From: an uncultured Candidatus Saccharibacteria bacterium
GTDB taxonomy: Bacteria > Patescibacteriota > Doudnabacteria > UBA920
DNA: 64,000 nt
Reading direction: 5' to 3'
NCBI GenBank assembly: GCA_964505635.1
Contig: CAZDIP010000003.1
Location: forward strand, 15,313 to 79,312
Shown here: piece after piece, positions 28,408 to 36,467 of the stretch
How positions within the stretch are numbered: the stretch's first letter is position 1
How the letters are laid out: every line of letters begins with the position of its first letter
The notes under the pieces: model-generated
Database searches by the model: none
What the model was told of the DNA's origin: nothing
Seen by the model: the letters and a program-made list of their open reading frames with translations, nothing else
Position numbers and translations under genes: made by a program

Positions 28408-29290
28408 AATTAAATTCAGTTATTGAATACTTTTGGGGCAAAGCTAAATACATCCAAACTCCATTAGGGATTTTACTTTCTATTGCGGCTTCTATCCTAT
28501 TTTCCCCACAGAAAAAAATTTCATACCCGAGAGATTGTAAAAATTCTTGTGTTTTATGAAAATCTTTATTTTCATAATTGCTTTCGTCTATTCTTTTTGC
28601 CGACTCATACCAAATAATCGGTTGTCTAGTTTTTAAAATGCCGCTTGCACCTTTTAATACAGCAAACTCTGCCCCTTCAACATCTATCTTAATAAAATCC
28701 GGCAAGGTTAAATTATTTTCTTGGGAAAAAGAATCCAAAGTTCGTATGGGGACTTTTCGCACCGGGGATTTTGTATGGCCTAAAAATTCCACTTTCATGG
28801 TTGTACCGCTTCCTGCTAAAAATATTTCTACCTCGCCTTCCGTATCGCCTAAACACAAATTAAAAATTTTTACCTTTTTTTCCAACCTGTTTAAAAACAC
28901 CGTTTCTTTTTCTATTGTATTATACTCTTTAACTGGGTCAAAGGAGACAGTGTTTATTTTTCCTTGCCCTAAAAAAGCAGCCATTATTCCGTAATATCCG
29001 GTATTTGAACCAATATCATAGAAAGAAAGAGGTTCTTTTTGTTTTAAAAGTTGAATTAAAATATTTTTTACCAATTTAGACCCTTCAGGTTCAACCTTTC
29101 CATTTTTAGCAATACCGTAAGCAATATCCTGGCTGTCAAAAACATTCCCCACGTACCAAAAACCAAACTCCGACTTTACCGCTGTCCTTCCGTCCATGCT
29201 TGCCATTTTGGGCAAAGAAAATAGAATAATCCGCTTTTTGATTATTTTTTGTAAAAAGAAAAATATCGCTCTTAAATATTTTTTTATCAT
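28397..29290 (-). CDS. FkbM-family methyltransferase
   Basis: YDIGSNTG, TLD, IKIDVEGAE..VLKGA. Confidence 0.88.
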   Translation of the reverse strand: MIKKYLRAIFFFLQKIIKKRIILFSLPKMASMDGRTAVKSEFGFWYVGNVFDSQDIAYGIAKNGKVEPEGSKLVKNILIQLLKQKEPLSFYDIGSNTGYYGIMAAFLGQGKINTVSFDPVKEYNTIEKETVFLNRLEKKVKIFNLCLGDTEGEVEIFLAGSGTTMKVEFLGHTKSPVRKVPIRTLDSFSQENNLTLPDFIKIDVEGAEFAVLKGASGILKTRQPIIWYESAKRIDESNYENKDFHKTQEFLQSLGYEIFFCGENRIEAAIESKIPNGVWMYLALPQKYSITEFNYAE

Positions 29291-30510
29291 TGAACGCTAT
29301 TTAACATATTTTCAAGCTTTAAATAGGTTTGCTGCGCCAAATGGTTTTTTACCGCCACATTAAAAGCATTTTGTACCATATTGGTATCTTTATTTTTGGA
29401 AGTAAAAGCCTGTCTAATAATTTCTTTTATTTTCTCAATATCATTTGAACCTGTAACATGAGCAAAACCATTACTTTTAGCATATTTATACATAAAAGAT
29501 TCTTTTGGCGAGTTAACTAAAATAGGCCTTCCTGAAATAAGATATTCGCAAAGTTTTCCCGGGCTTGAAGTATTTATAAGTTGGGGAAACTTGGTGTTAA
29601 AACTTAAGGCCACAAGCAACAAGTCACTCTTTGCCATTACGCCCGAAACTTCTTGGGGAGAACAAAAATCAAAAAAAATTTTCCCGCTTTCACGTATTCC
29701 AATGCTATGCATATATTCTTTTGAGTGCGGGGTATATAAAACCAATTTTACGGGAATATCGGTAAGTTTTTCCACTGCCGAAGCCACACTTCTAACCGCG
29801 TCCTCTTGTGCCCAATATATATTGCCTAAAAAAACAATTCTAAATTCTGAGTCCGGCAATGCAGGCAAATTCGCAGCTATTGGCTGAAAATCTATGGAGT
29901 TATGGATAACCTCAACATGCCTGCGGTATTTTTTTTCATAGTGTTCTCTTAATTCCTCGCACATTACGGAGATTTTTGAAGCTTTCTTAAAAAGCCTTGG
30001 CTCAAGCCAGAAGGCGACCCACTTAAAAAGTATGGGCATTTTATTGCCTATATACATATCATAAAAATGCAAGGCAAAGGGCTTGCCAGTAAGTTTATGG
30101 AGCATATACACGGAAAATAAAACCAGTCCCCAATCCGAATAACCTAAAATTACCTCAATCCCCTGTTCCTTAACCGCTCTTTTCCCCAAGATAATTATTC
30201 CAATGGGAATCGTGAACCACAATACAATTTGTGCAAAAAATTTGGTTAACCAAAAATTTTTAATTATCCTCTTAAGTTTTTGTAATTTAGGCTCTTGCCT
30301 ATCGTTAAACTTCACAGCCAAAACTTTATTCCCGTAATAATAATAAGGAATTTTTAATCTGTATTCCTGCAATTTTGGATCCAAATTTTCCTCGCTCGTC
30401 AAAATAGCCAAATCTTTCTGTGGTAAATATTTAAGCAAAAAATACATCATTAGGCCTGAACCACTGCCTGAAGGCGGGGCATATGCGGAAATAACTAAAG
30501 TCTTTTTCAT
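29287..30510 (-). CDS. Glycosyltransferase family 4-like
   Basis: AYAPP..SGSG, SSPGKL.EYL.SGRPIL. Confidence 0.8.
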   Translation of the reverse strand: MKKTLVISAYAPPSGSGSGLMMYFLLKYLPQKDLAILTSEENLDPKLQEYRLKIPYYYYGNKVLAVKFNDRQEPKLQKLKRIIKNFWLTKFFAQIVLWFTIPIGIIILGKRAVKEQGIEVILGYSDWGLVLFSVYMLHKLTGKPFALHFYDMYIGNKMPILFKWVAFWLEPRLFKKASKISVMCEELREHYEKKYRRHVEVIHNSIDFQPIAANLPALPDSEFRIVFLGNIYWAQEDAVRSVASAVEKLTDIPVKLVLYTPHSKEYMHSIGIRESGKIFFDFCSPQEVSGVMAKSDLLLVALSFNTKFPQLINTSSPGKLCEYLISGRPILVNSPKESFMYKYAKSNGFAHVTGSNDIEKIKEIIRQAFTSKNKDTNMVQNAFNVAVKNHLAQQTYLKLENMLNSVQ

Positions 30511-31718
30511 TAAAAAATCCCGTAAGCTTCGTTAATAAATTTATTTGCGGTCAAATTTTTTTTCAATCTTGATTTCTCAAAAAATCCGGAAGAAATTTTT
30601 TCCATCAAGTCTTCAAAAACCAGCTGGCTGGGGCTTTGCTTGCTGGGATTTAATGCGTAACGGTTCCAGTCTCTTTCTAAATCCAGGGCTTTTTTGGCGC
30701 CTTCGTAAATATCGCCGTCCGACAAAATGGTCGCGCCTGCCTGTATGGTTTCCGGCCTTTCCGTTGAAAGCCTGGAAATTAACGCAGGCACGCCTAAAAT
30801 TAAAGCCTCTTCCTGCACTGTTCCGCTGTCGCTGATTATTAACCTGGCTTCCTTCTGGAGTTTTAAAAATTCAAAATACCCCAAAGGCTTGGTAATTTTT
30901 ATGCCTGCATCTTCCGCTTCGGAAAGTAAGTTAATTTTTTCCAAATTACTCCTAACCCTGGGCATAAGCGGCCAAATCACTGTTACTTCTTTGGCAAGTT
31001 TTATAAGCCCCCCGACTTTTTCTTTAAGTTTGTTTAAATCAGACGTATTTTCTTCCCTGTGCAGGGTGACCAGCGCGTAATCTCCTGCTTCTAAGCCATG
31101 TTCTTGAATAATTTTTGTTTTATCCGCCATTGGCAAAAACTCTTCCACCGCGTCGTAAATTATATTCCCTATCACCTTAATCCTAAAATCCTCTATACCC
31201 TCCGACAAAAGCATTTCTTTATACCTGGGCATGTATGCATAAAGCGCGTCCGACATATGATCTATGACAATTCGGCATTTTTCTTCCGGCATGCGCCAGT
31301 CGTAACTGCGGCCGCCGGCCTCCAAATGAATGACCGGAATATTGTTGCGGGCCGCCACAATGCTGGACAACACGCTGTTTGTGTCTCCCAAATACATTAT
31401 GACATCAGGCTTTTCCCGGTTTATGAGTTCCAAAACTTTGGGAAATAAAATTCCTGTCTGATATTCAAAGCTTGTAGGGCCGCCGGCTGACTTAACAGCC
31501 AGTCCAACCCCCAAATTAATTTGCGGCCTTCGTACGCCCAATTGCTCATAAAAAATCCCGTCCAGCTCCTGGTCATAATGCTGGCCGGTATGCGCGTAAA
31601 TATGGGTATATCCGTACTTGTTCTGATTTTCGTCTAACAGCTTAATGAGCTTAAACATCCGAATAATATCGGGACGGATTCCGAGCAGGGTAATTAATTT
31701 AAATTTTTTTTCTGGCAT
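30510..31718 (-). CDS. wecB: UDP-N-acetylglucosamine 2-epimerase (non-hydrolysing); start at MPEKK preferred
   Basis: GIRPD, HTGQHYD, GDTNS, HLEAG.RS...MPEE, TLHR, SDSGTVQEE, TERPE. Confidence 0.88.
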   Translation of the reverse strand: MPEKKFKLITLLGIRPDIIRMFKLIKLLDENQNKYGYTHIYAHTGQHYDQELDGIFYEQLGVRRPQINLGVGLAVKSAGGPTSFEYQTGILFPKVLELINREKPDVIMYLGDTNSVLSSIVAARNNIPVIHLEAGGRSYDWRMPEEKCRIVIDHMSDALYAYMPRYKEMLLSEGIEDFRIKVIGNIIYDAVEEFLPMADKTKIIQEHGLEAGDYALVTLHREENTSDLNKLKEKVGGLIKLAKEVTVIWPLMPRVRSNLEKINLLSEAEDAGIKITKPLGYFEFLKLQKEARLIISDSGTVQEEALILGVPALISRLSTERPETIQAGATILSDGDIYEGAKKALDLERDWNRYALNPSKQSPSQLVFEDLMEKISSGFFEKSRLKKNLTANKFINEAYGIF

Positions 31719-31775
31719 TAATAAAGTAATTAAATTACTATACAAGTATAACAAAAACAATACCAATTTATAATA

Positions 31776-31804
31776 TTGACAAAATTGTTAAAATAATGTA
31801 TAAT
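31776..31804 (+). promoter_or_regulatory. Consensus sigma70 promoter of the GC-rich two-gene cassette
   Basis: TTGACA (31776-81)-17 bp-TATAAT (31799-804). Confidence 0.85.
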
Positions 31805-31836
31805 ATATATTTAACTAAATATTTGTGCTTAAAAAA

Positions 31837-31962
31837 ATAGGCTTATTCATAAGCTTGGTTTTTTACACGCAAAGCCTGTATGGGTGTGTGTAAATGCGGC
31901 AGGGTTAACAGCCCTGACTTAAGAGTTTGTTGTTAAGGAGGATCAGGTTTATGCCTGAATCC
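31837..31962 (+). promoter_or_regulatory. Structured 5' leader with SD AAGGAGG and a hairpin over the AUG at 31951
   Basis: Stems at 31841-54, 31862-94, 31900-16 and 31940-62; SD at 31935-41. Confidence 0.5.
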
Positions 31963-32565
31963 ACCCTGTAGCAACGGCTCCAGAAAATGTTTGACAGTAT
32001 ACGACGGGAAAATAACCGCCCTCTCGTTCTCCCTAATATGCCCAATTTGCATATCGTGGCGCTCTCAGCACCTCCCCTCATGACTCCTGGCGCGACTGTT
32101 ATGTCGGAATTTACGGCAGACAATGTCGCGAGAATCGTTCATGCGTCTAACCTGCGTGAGCAGGTACAAGACGCTAAACTGGTGTTGAATGGGGAAAGCA
32201 ACCAACTCACCATGATGCTGCACATCGCGCTTAAGTGCGGGGTGCCGGCAAACTTCATTGAGCTGGTAGACTGCAACCCGCGCCCCAACGGAAATACTCG
32301 CACACAGCTCCAAAAGATGGAAAAAGACCTGCGCTTCCCGCAGGATGGCTACTATGTGTTTGTGACCGTTTCGTGGCATATGCCACGGGTTATCGCGACC
32401 GCCCGCAAACAACTCAAGCGGCTTGCCAACCATATGGTCGTCGGCGTACCGTACGCTGATTTCCACGACTTTGACTGGAACGAAAAGGTCGCCGACGAAA
32501 TGTGGCGCATCCCCCAATACATCAACAAGGGAGACATTGCCGACCCGACAATCGGCATGGAGTAG
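31951..32565 (+). CDS. YdcF/DUF218-like protein; the SD-led start at 31951 is followed by an in-frame TAG at 31969-71, and the uninterrupted ORF is 31987..32565
   Basis: GVPA..I......GNT, VTVSWHMPRV (DUF218 VTs..HmpR); GC-rich. Confidence 0.6.
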
Positions 32566-32571
32566 CCACCT

Positions 32572-33237
32572 ATGCTCCCTCCTCGTGATAAGAACGGTTT
32601 TCAAGTCATTGCCTCGAGCGCAGGCGTGAAAGTGGAAACCTGTTTTGCTGAATTCAATGTCCGGCAGCAGACTGCTGCCAACGGACAAACGGAAACGTGG
32701 GGCCGGCTTATAACCCGTCCTGCGTTTGAAGTCGCGTTGCTTGCAAAGGAAGACGGCGAAACCAAAGTTCTCCTTATGCAAAAACAGCGCCTCGCGGGCG
32801 AACCCCCGGTCACTAAATGTCCGGGCGGATACATCTTCTTAAAAGGCAGCGAACTCAACTTGGACAACTTCCTGTCTAAGATCCTTGGCGGCGGATTCGG
32901 CTCTGTTGACCTGTATGACGTTCTGCCTTTCGGTTCGTTCATTGAAGAACGAATGTTGTCCTTAGGGATCTGTACTAACTTTACAAACATGCAGCTCTTT
33001 GGCTGCGTGGTAGGTCACGGCGAAATCATTACCCCCATTCTCCTGCTTGCCACCAACAAATGGCAACAGGTCGCGCCCCCGCCAGAGGGCATATCTTTCC
33101 GCAAAATGCTTCTTTCGGAAGCGGCGCGCCTGGCAGTGCAAACCGTCCAGATAGGCCGACGGATGAAAGATGCGCTTGACAGCGACAGCAGCGTGGAGCT
33201 GCTATTGTCGCTGTACGCCAAAGAACAGCTCCGCTAA
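32572..33237 (+). CDS. Divergent NUDIX-fold protein (ADP-ribose pyrophosphatase-like N-terminus, Nudix box degenerate)
   Basis: NGQT.....I.RPA..VALL..EDG..KVLLM..QR.......KCPGG resembles NudF; no REUxEE; SD GGAG. Confidence 0.5.
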   Translation: MLPPRDKNGFQVIASSAGVKVETCFAEFNVRQQTAANGQTETWGRLITRPAFEVALLAKEDGETKVLLMQKQRLAGEPPVTKCPGGYIFLKGSELNLDNFLSKILGGGFGSVDLYDVLPFGSFIEERMLSLGICTNFTNMQLFGCVVGHGEIITPILLLATNKWQQVAPPPEGISFRKMLLSEAARLAVQTVQIGRRMKDALDSDSSVELLLSLYAKEQLR

Positions 33238-33243
33238 CTATAA

Positions 33244-33330
33244 CCGCGGCTTGAATGCATCCCACAAGATGACAAACAAGCCGCGGCCAAACTCTTTACT
33301 AACTTTGCCCGGCTTTAAGGCCGGTTTTTT
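33244..33330 (+). terminator. 3' hairpin plus intrinsic terminator of the cassette
   Basis: ccgcggcttg...caagccgcgg (33244-86) and ccggctt-taa-ggccgg-tttttt (33309-30). Confidence 0.7.
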
Positions 33331-34100
33331 ATTTCAAACCAAAGCTCCATAGGCAAATGGTCGGAAACCAAGTTATAAGGAACCCTAAAATCCCTTACCT
33401 TAATTTCTTTGGAAACAAAAGTAAAATCCGCAAAATACTGCACGTTTTTATTATTTTGCCACGAAACTTCATTGCGCGTATTTTTTATATTAAATTCTTT
33501 AATTAAGTTTTTACCCACCGACTCTAAAATTTTTATGCTCTTTGTTTTTAATTCCAAATTAAAATCTCCGCATAAAATTTTAGGTCCGGCCATGCTTTGC
33601 CACAAATTTTTTAAATTTTTAGACTGGAGAAGCCTTCTTTTGGTGTCAAATTTATTACCCGGTCTGCTCATGCCATGAAAATTTATTACAGAAAATTTTT
33701 CTTTCGCCTTTTTTAAAACCAAAGTCTGGGCAACAAAATCCCCCTCCGAAGGGTGGTCGGTCTTTGCTCTGCCGGTTATAACGACTGAATTGGAATTTAA
33801 AATTTCCACACTATTTTTTACAAAAACCGCCAAGCCCTGGCAGACCGGAAAATTTAAACGGCTGGAAACATCAAAACCAAAAACCCTAGGTATAAAAATC
33901 CCCGTAAAATTAGCAAGTTTTTTGCTTAGTTCCTGGAATAAAAAAAGTCTGGATTTATGCCAAACCTTAGGAGCGGGTCCATAAGAAGACAACATTTCCT
34001 GAAAGCAAAAAATGTCTGTATTTTTAGCCAAAGGCTTTAAATAATCAAGCAATTGTTTGCCTTGTCTGCCGCCCCAAATATTAAGCGAAACTAATTTCAT
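33315..34100 (-). CDS. Endonuclease/exonuclease/phosphatase family protein
   Basis: SLNIW, DIFCFQE, ILCGDFN, D..F, VSDHLP. Confidence 0.9.
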   Translation of the reverse strand: MKLVSLNIWGGRQGKQLLDYLKPLAKNTDIFCFQEMLSSYGPAPKVWHKSRLFLFQELSKKLANFTGIFIPRVFGFDVSSRLNFPVCQGLAVFVKNSVEILNSNSVVITGRAKTDHPSEGDFVAQTLVLKKAKEKFSVINFHGMSRPGNKFDTKRRLLQSKNLKNLWQSMAGPKILCGDFNLELKTKSIKILESVGKNLIKEFNIKNTRNEVSWQNNKNVQYFADFTFVSKEIKVRDFRVPYNLVSDHLPMELWFEIKNRP

Positions 34101-34102
34101 AA

Positions 34103-34990
34103 TTAAAGTCCCTCAAGCATTTGCTGAAAACTTGGTATTTCTAATTTCTTACAAACATCAAATTTAGTAGACAATCTTCGATCAACCGCGGCAACTTCTG
34201 CCTTCTCAATTATCGCGTTGATTTTGTATTTTTCCTTAAACGCCAGCAACATATCGTACTTGCTTACGTCATTGCCAAAAATATGGAATAAACCAAAAGA
34301 AGGAAAACTTCCGCGGTCATTAATAATCCTGGCGCAAACCTTCCCAAACTGCCTGGTGGTAATTCCATTCCAAAAATGGTTGGTAAAACCGGTTATGGTT
34401 TGTCCTTCCTGTTTCTTAAACCAGGCTATTAACGAGCTGCCTTCCCCAAGCTCCGGACCAATAATAGAAGTTCTCAATATTAGCGAATTAGCGGACGGTT
34501 CCCCCAAAGCTTTAGACAGGCCGTATAAGTCGTTGGGGCTTTTTGGCGACTCTTCGGAGTACGGCGCGCCGCTAACTCCTGAAAAGGCGCAGTCAGTGGT
34601 AATTTGGATAAGTTTTTCCTTATACTCAGCAGACAGTATGTGCGGCAAACTGCCGTTTATAAACATTGTAATTTCGGGGTTTTTTAAACTGTGGGGTTTT
34701 ATAATACCGGCGCAGTTAACAACCGCGTCAATTTCGCCGATTTCCAAATAAAGCTGCCTGAGTTTTGGCGAAATATGCTCTTTGGGAAAACCGGCAATAT
34801 ATTCTTTATACAAATCCGAAAAATCAAATTGAATTTTTTTATGCTTTTCCAATCCCCCGTAAGTTTGGCTGAGTAAATTTAATTTTGCTTCATCCCGGTA
34901 AACTAAAACCAAATCAAAAACATCTTTCAACTGGTCATAAACCTGGTTTCCCAGCATTCCGGTAGGGGCTAAAATTGCAACTTTTTTCAT
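34103..34990 (-). CDS. RmlD-like NDP-4-keto-6-deoxyhexose reductase
   Basis: TGMLG, NCAG, TTDCAFSG, YGLSK..GE, LRTSIIG. Confidence 0.85.
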   Translation of the reverse strand: MKKVAILAPTGMLGNQVYDQLKDVFDLVLVYRDEAKLNLLSQTYGGLEKHKKIQFDFSDLYKEYIAGFPKEHISPKLRQLYLEIGEIDAVVNCAGIIKPHSLKNPEITMFINGSLPHILSAEYKEKLIQITTDCAFSGVSGAPYSEESPKSPNDLYGLSKALGEPSANSLILRTSIIGPELGEGSSLIAWFKKQEGQTITGFTNHFWNGITTRQFGKVCARIINDRGSFPSFGLFHIFGNDVSKYDMLLAFKEKYKINAIIEKAEVAAVDRRLSTKFDVCKKLEIPSFQQMLEGL

Positions 34991-35004
34991 AAATTTATAA
35001 TGTG

Positions 35005-35457
35005 TTACCTGGGCTTAACGCTCCAGACGTCCCCGAATTTATACGGATCCGTTCGTTTGTCGTCGGCTATGCTTTCTTCAAAGCTTGAGGTGGATCCGCA
35101 AACCAAAATAGTATTGTCTTCCAAGCTTACCCACCCGTTGGCAAAACCAGGAGGAATGACTACCAAGGTCGGCTTTCGCGCGGAAGAAATGAAAGTAAAT
35201 TGCTCTTTTTCATCGACCGGATTTATCGCAACAAACTTTGCAGAGCCGCTGACAATAATAAAATATTTCCATTCATTTTCATGAAAATGAAAACCGCGTA
35301 TTATTCCTTTGCCATAATTATACACGTAATACATGCGCTTAATTTTTAGCCCATTTGTGCCGGGTAAATCATCGCTGCTGTTTAAAAATGGGATAAAAGT
35401 ACCGCGGTCATCTCCTTTGACGGTAATTTCCATTGCGTAAGGTTTGGTTGATTTCAT
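35005..35457 (-). CDS. RmlC/WxcM-like cupin (NDP-sugar epimerase/isomerase)
   Basis: DDRG, IRGFHFH, IPPGFANG. Confidence 0.8.
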   Translation of the reverse strand: MKSTKPYAMEITVKGDDRGTFIPFLNSSDDLPGTNGLKIKRMYYVYNYGKGIIRGFHFHENEWKYFIIVSGSAKFVAINPVDEKEQFTFISSARKPTLVVIPPGFANGWVSLEDNTILVCGSTSSFEESIADDKRTDPYKFGDVWSVKPR

Positions 35458-35494
35458 AAAAAATTTAATCCTTCTATTTACTGCTTAATACTCG

Positions 35495-36463
35495 CTATTT
35501 ATTAATGGTATTATTTTCGTAGTCTTTCAGAATCTGGATCATATATTTTGCGTTTGAATAAAAATCGCTGTCCAAATTATTTACGCGCTTCTGGGTAATT
35601 ATGTCTTTTATTTGTATACTCCCGAATAAAACGTCCAACTCGCCTTTTTCAGGCAATATCCCGTCTTTGACTGCTTTTGAAGTATCGGCATTATAATTAC
35701 GGTTATCCTGAAATTTTTGCTCCGTGGTTTTAATTTCGCAATGGGTTATACTTTGGATTTTGTTCGCGACTTCTATAATGGTAAGATTTTCGGTAGCTAA
35801 ATTATAAATGCCTTTTAAATCATTGTCTATATTTTCTACCAAAAACCTGCCTATATCGCGGACATGTATAAACGGCCGCCACTGATTGCCTCCAAAAACT
35901 TCCAGATACCCGCGCCTCAGTGCGTTCATGGTCATATAGTTTACAGCCAAATCCATGCGCAAACGGGAATAAGTGTCAGACACCCCGTAGGCCGTGCCTA
36001 AACGAAAAATTAAGGCATCTTTATCTTTTAAATAGGCTTCTGCGGCAAGTTTTGTCTTAGCGTATTCGGAAAGCGGATTTGTCGCGGAAAGTTCGTTAAC
36101 CGGCTGGTCAGACGCGCCGTACACAGAACAAGTGGAAGTAAACAAAATTCGGCCTTCAAAATTTTTACAAAGCCATTCCACGGTATCCTGGTTTATGGCT
36201 TTTGTTAATTTTGGGTCAATGGCACAGACCGGATCCCCTACCAAAGCCGCCAGCCAAACTACATGGGAATAATCAGACAAAATTTTAGAAAGTTTGCGCG
36301 TGTCGCGTATGTCGCCGTATATAAATTCCACTGGCTTTAAAAAATGGTTTTCGTAAGTCAAATTGTCGTATACCGCAAAAGGAATGTTTTTTTCTAAAAG
36401 CTGGTCGGAAACCCCGCCGCCAATATACCCTGCGCCGCCTACTACCAAAACTTTTTTTATCAT
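35495..36463 (-). CDS. NAD-dependent epimerase/dehydratase (extended SDR)
   Basis: GGAGYIG, LAALVGDP.C, STCSVYG, YAKTK, R.DLAVN, QWRPFIHV.D. Confidence 0.88.
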   Translation of the reverse strand: MIKKVLVVGGAGYIGGGVSDQLLEKNIPFAVYDNLTYENHFLKPVEFIYGDIRDTRKLSKILSDYSHVVWLAALVGDPVCAIDPKLTKAINQDTVEWLCKNFEGRILFTSTCSVYGASDQPVNELSATNPLSEYAKTKLAAEAYLKDKDALIFRLGTAYGVSDTYSRLRMDLAVNYMTMNALRRGYLEVFGGNQWRPFIHVRDIGRFLVENIDNDLKGIYNLATENLTIIEVANKIQSITHCEIKTTEQKFQDNRNYNADTSKAVKDGILPEKGELDVLFGSIQIKDIITQKRVNNLDSDFYSNAKYMIQILKDYENNTINK

Positions 36464-36467
36464 AAGA

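Noticed and set aside
31969-31971. Genome-wide stop-codon reassignment (TAG or TGA)
   Set aside because: typA and 8301..8846 end at TAG directly before terminators, and gnd and tal end at TGA at expected lengths; conserved genes are not interrupted
32065-32781. 238-aa antisense ORF and other overlapping ORFs in the GC-rich island
   Set aside because: Shadow ORFs expected in high-GC DNA; the plus-strand ORFs have the promoter, SDs and recognisable motifs
31776-33330. GC-rich cassettes as integron gene cassettes
   Set aside because: They carry their own promoters, no convincing attC (RYYYAAC...GTTRRRY) boundaries were found and no intI is present
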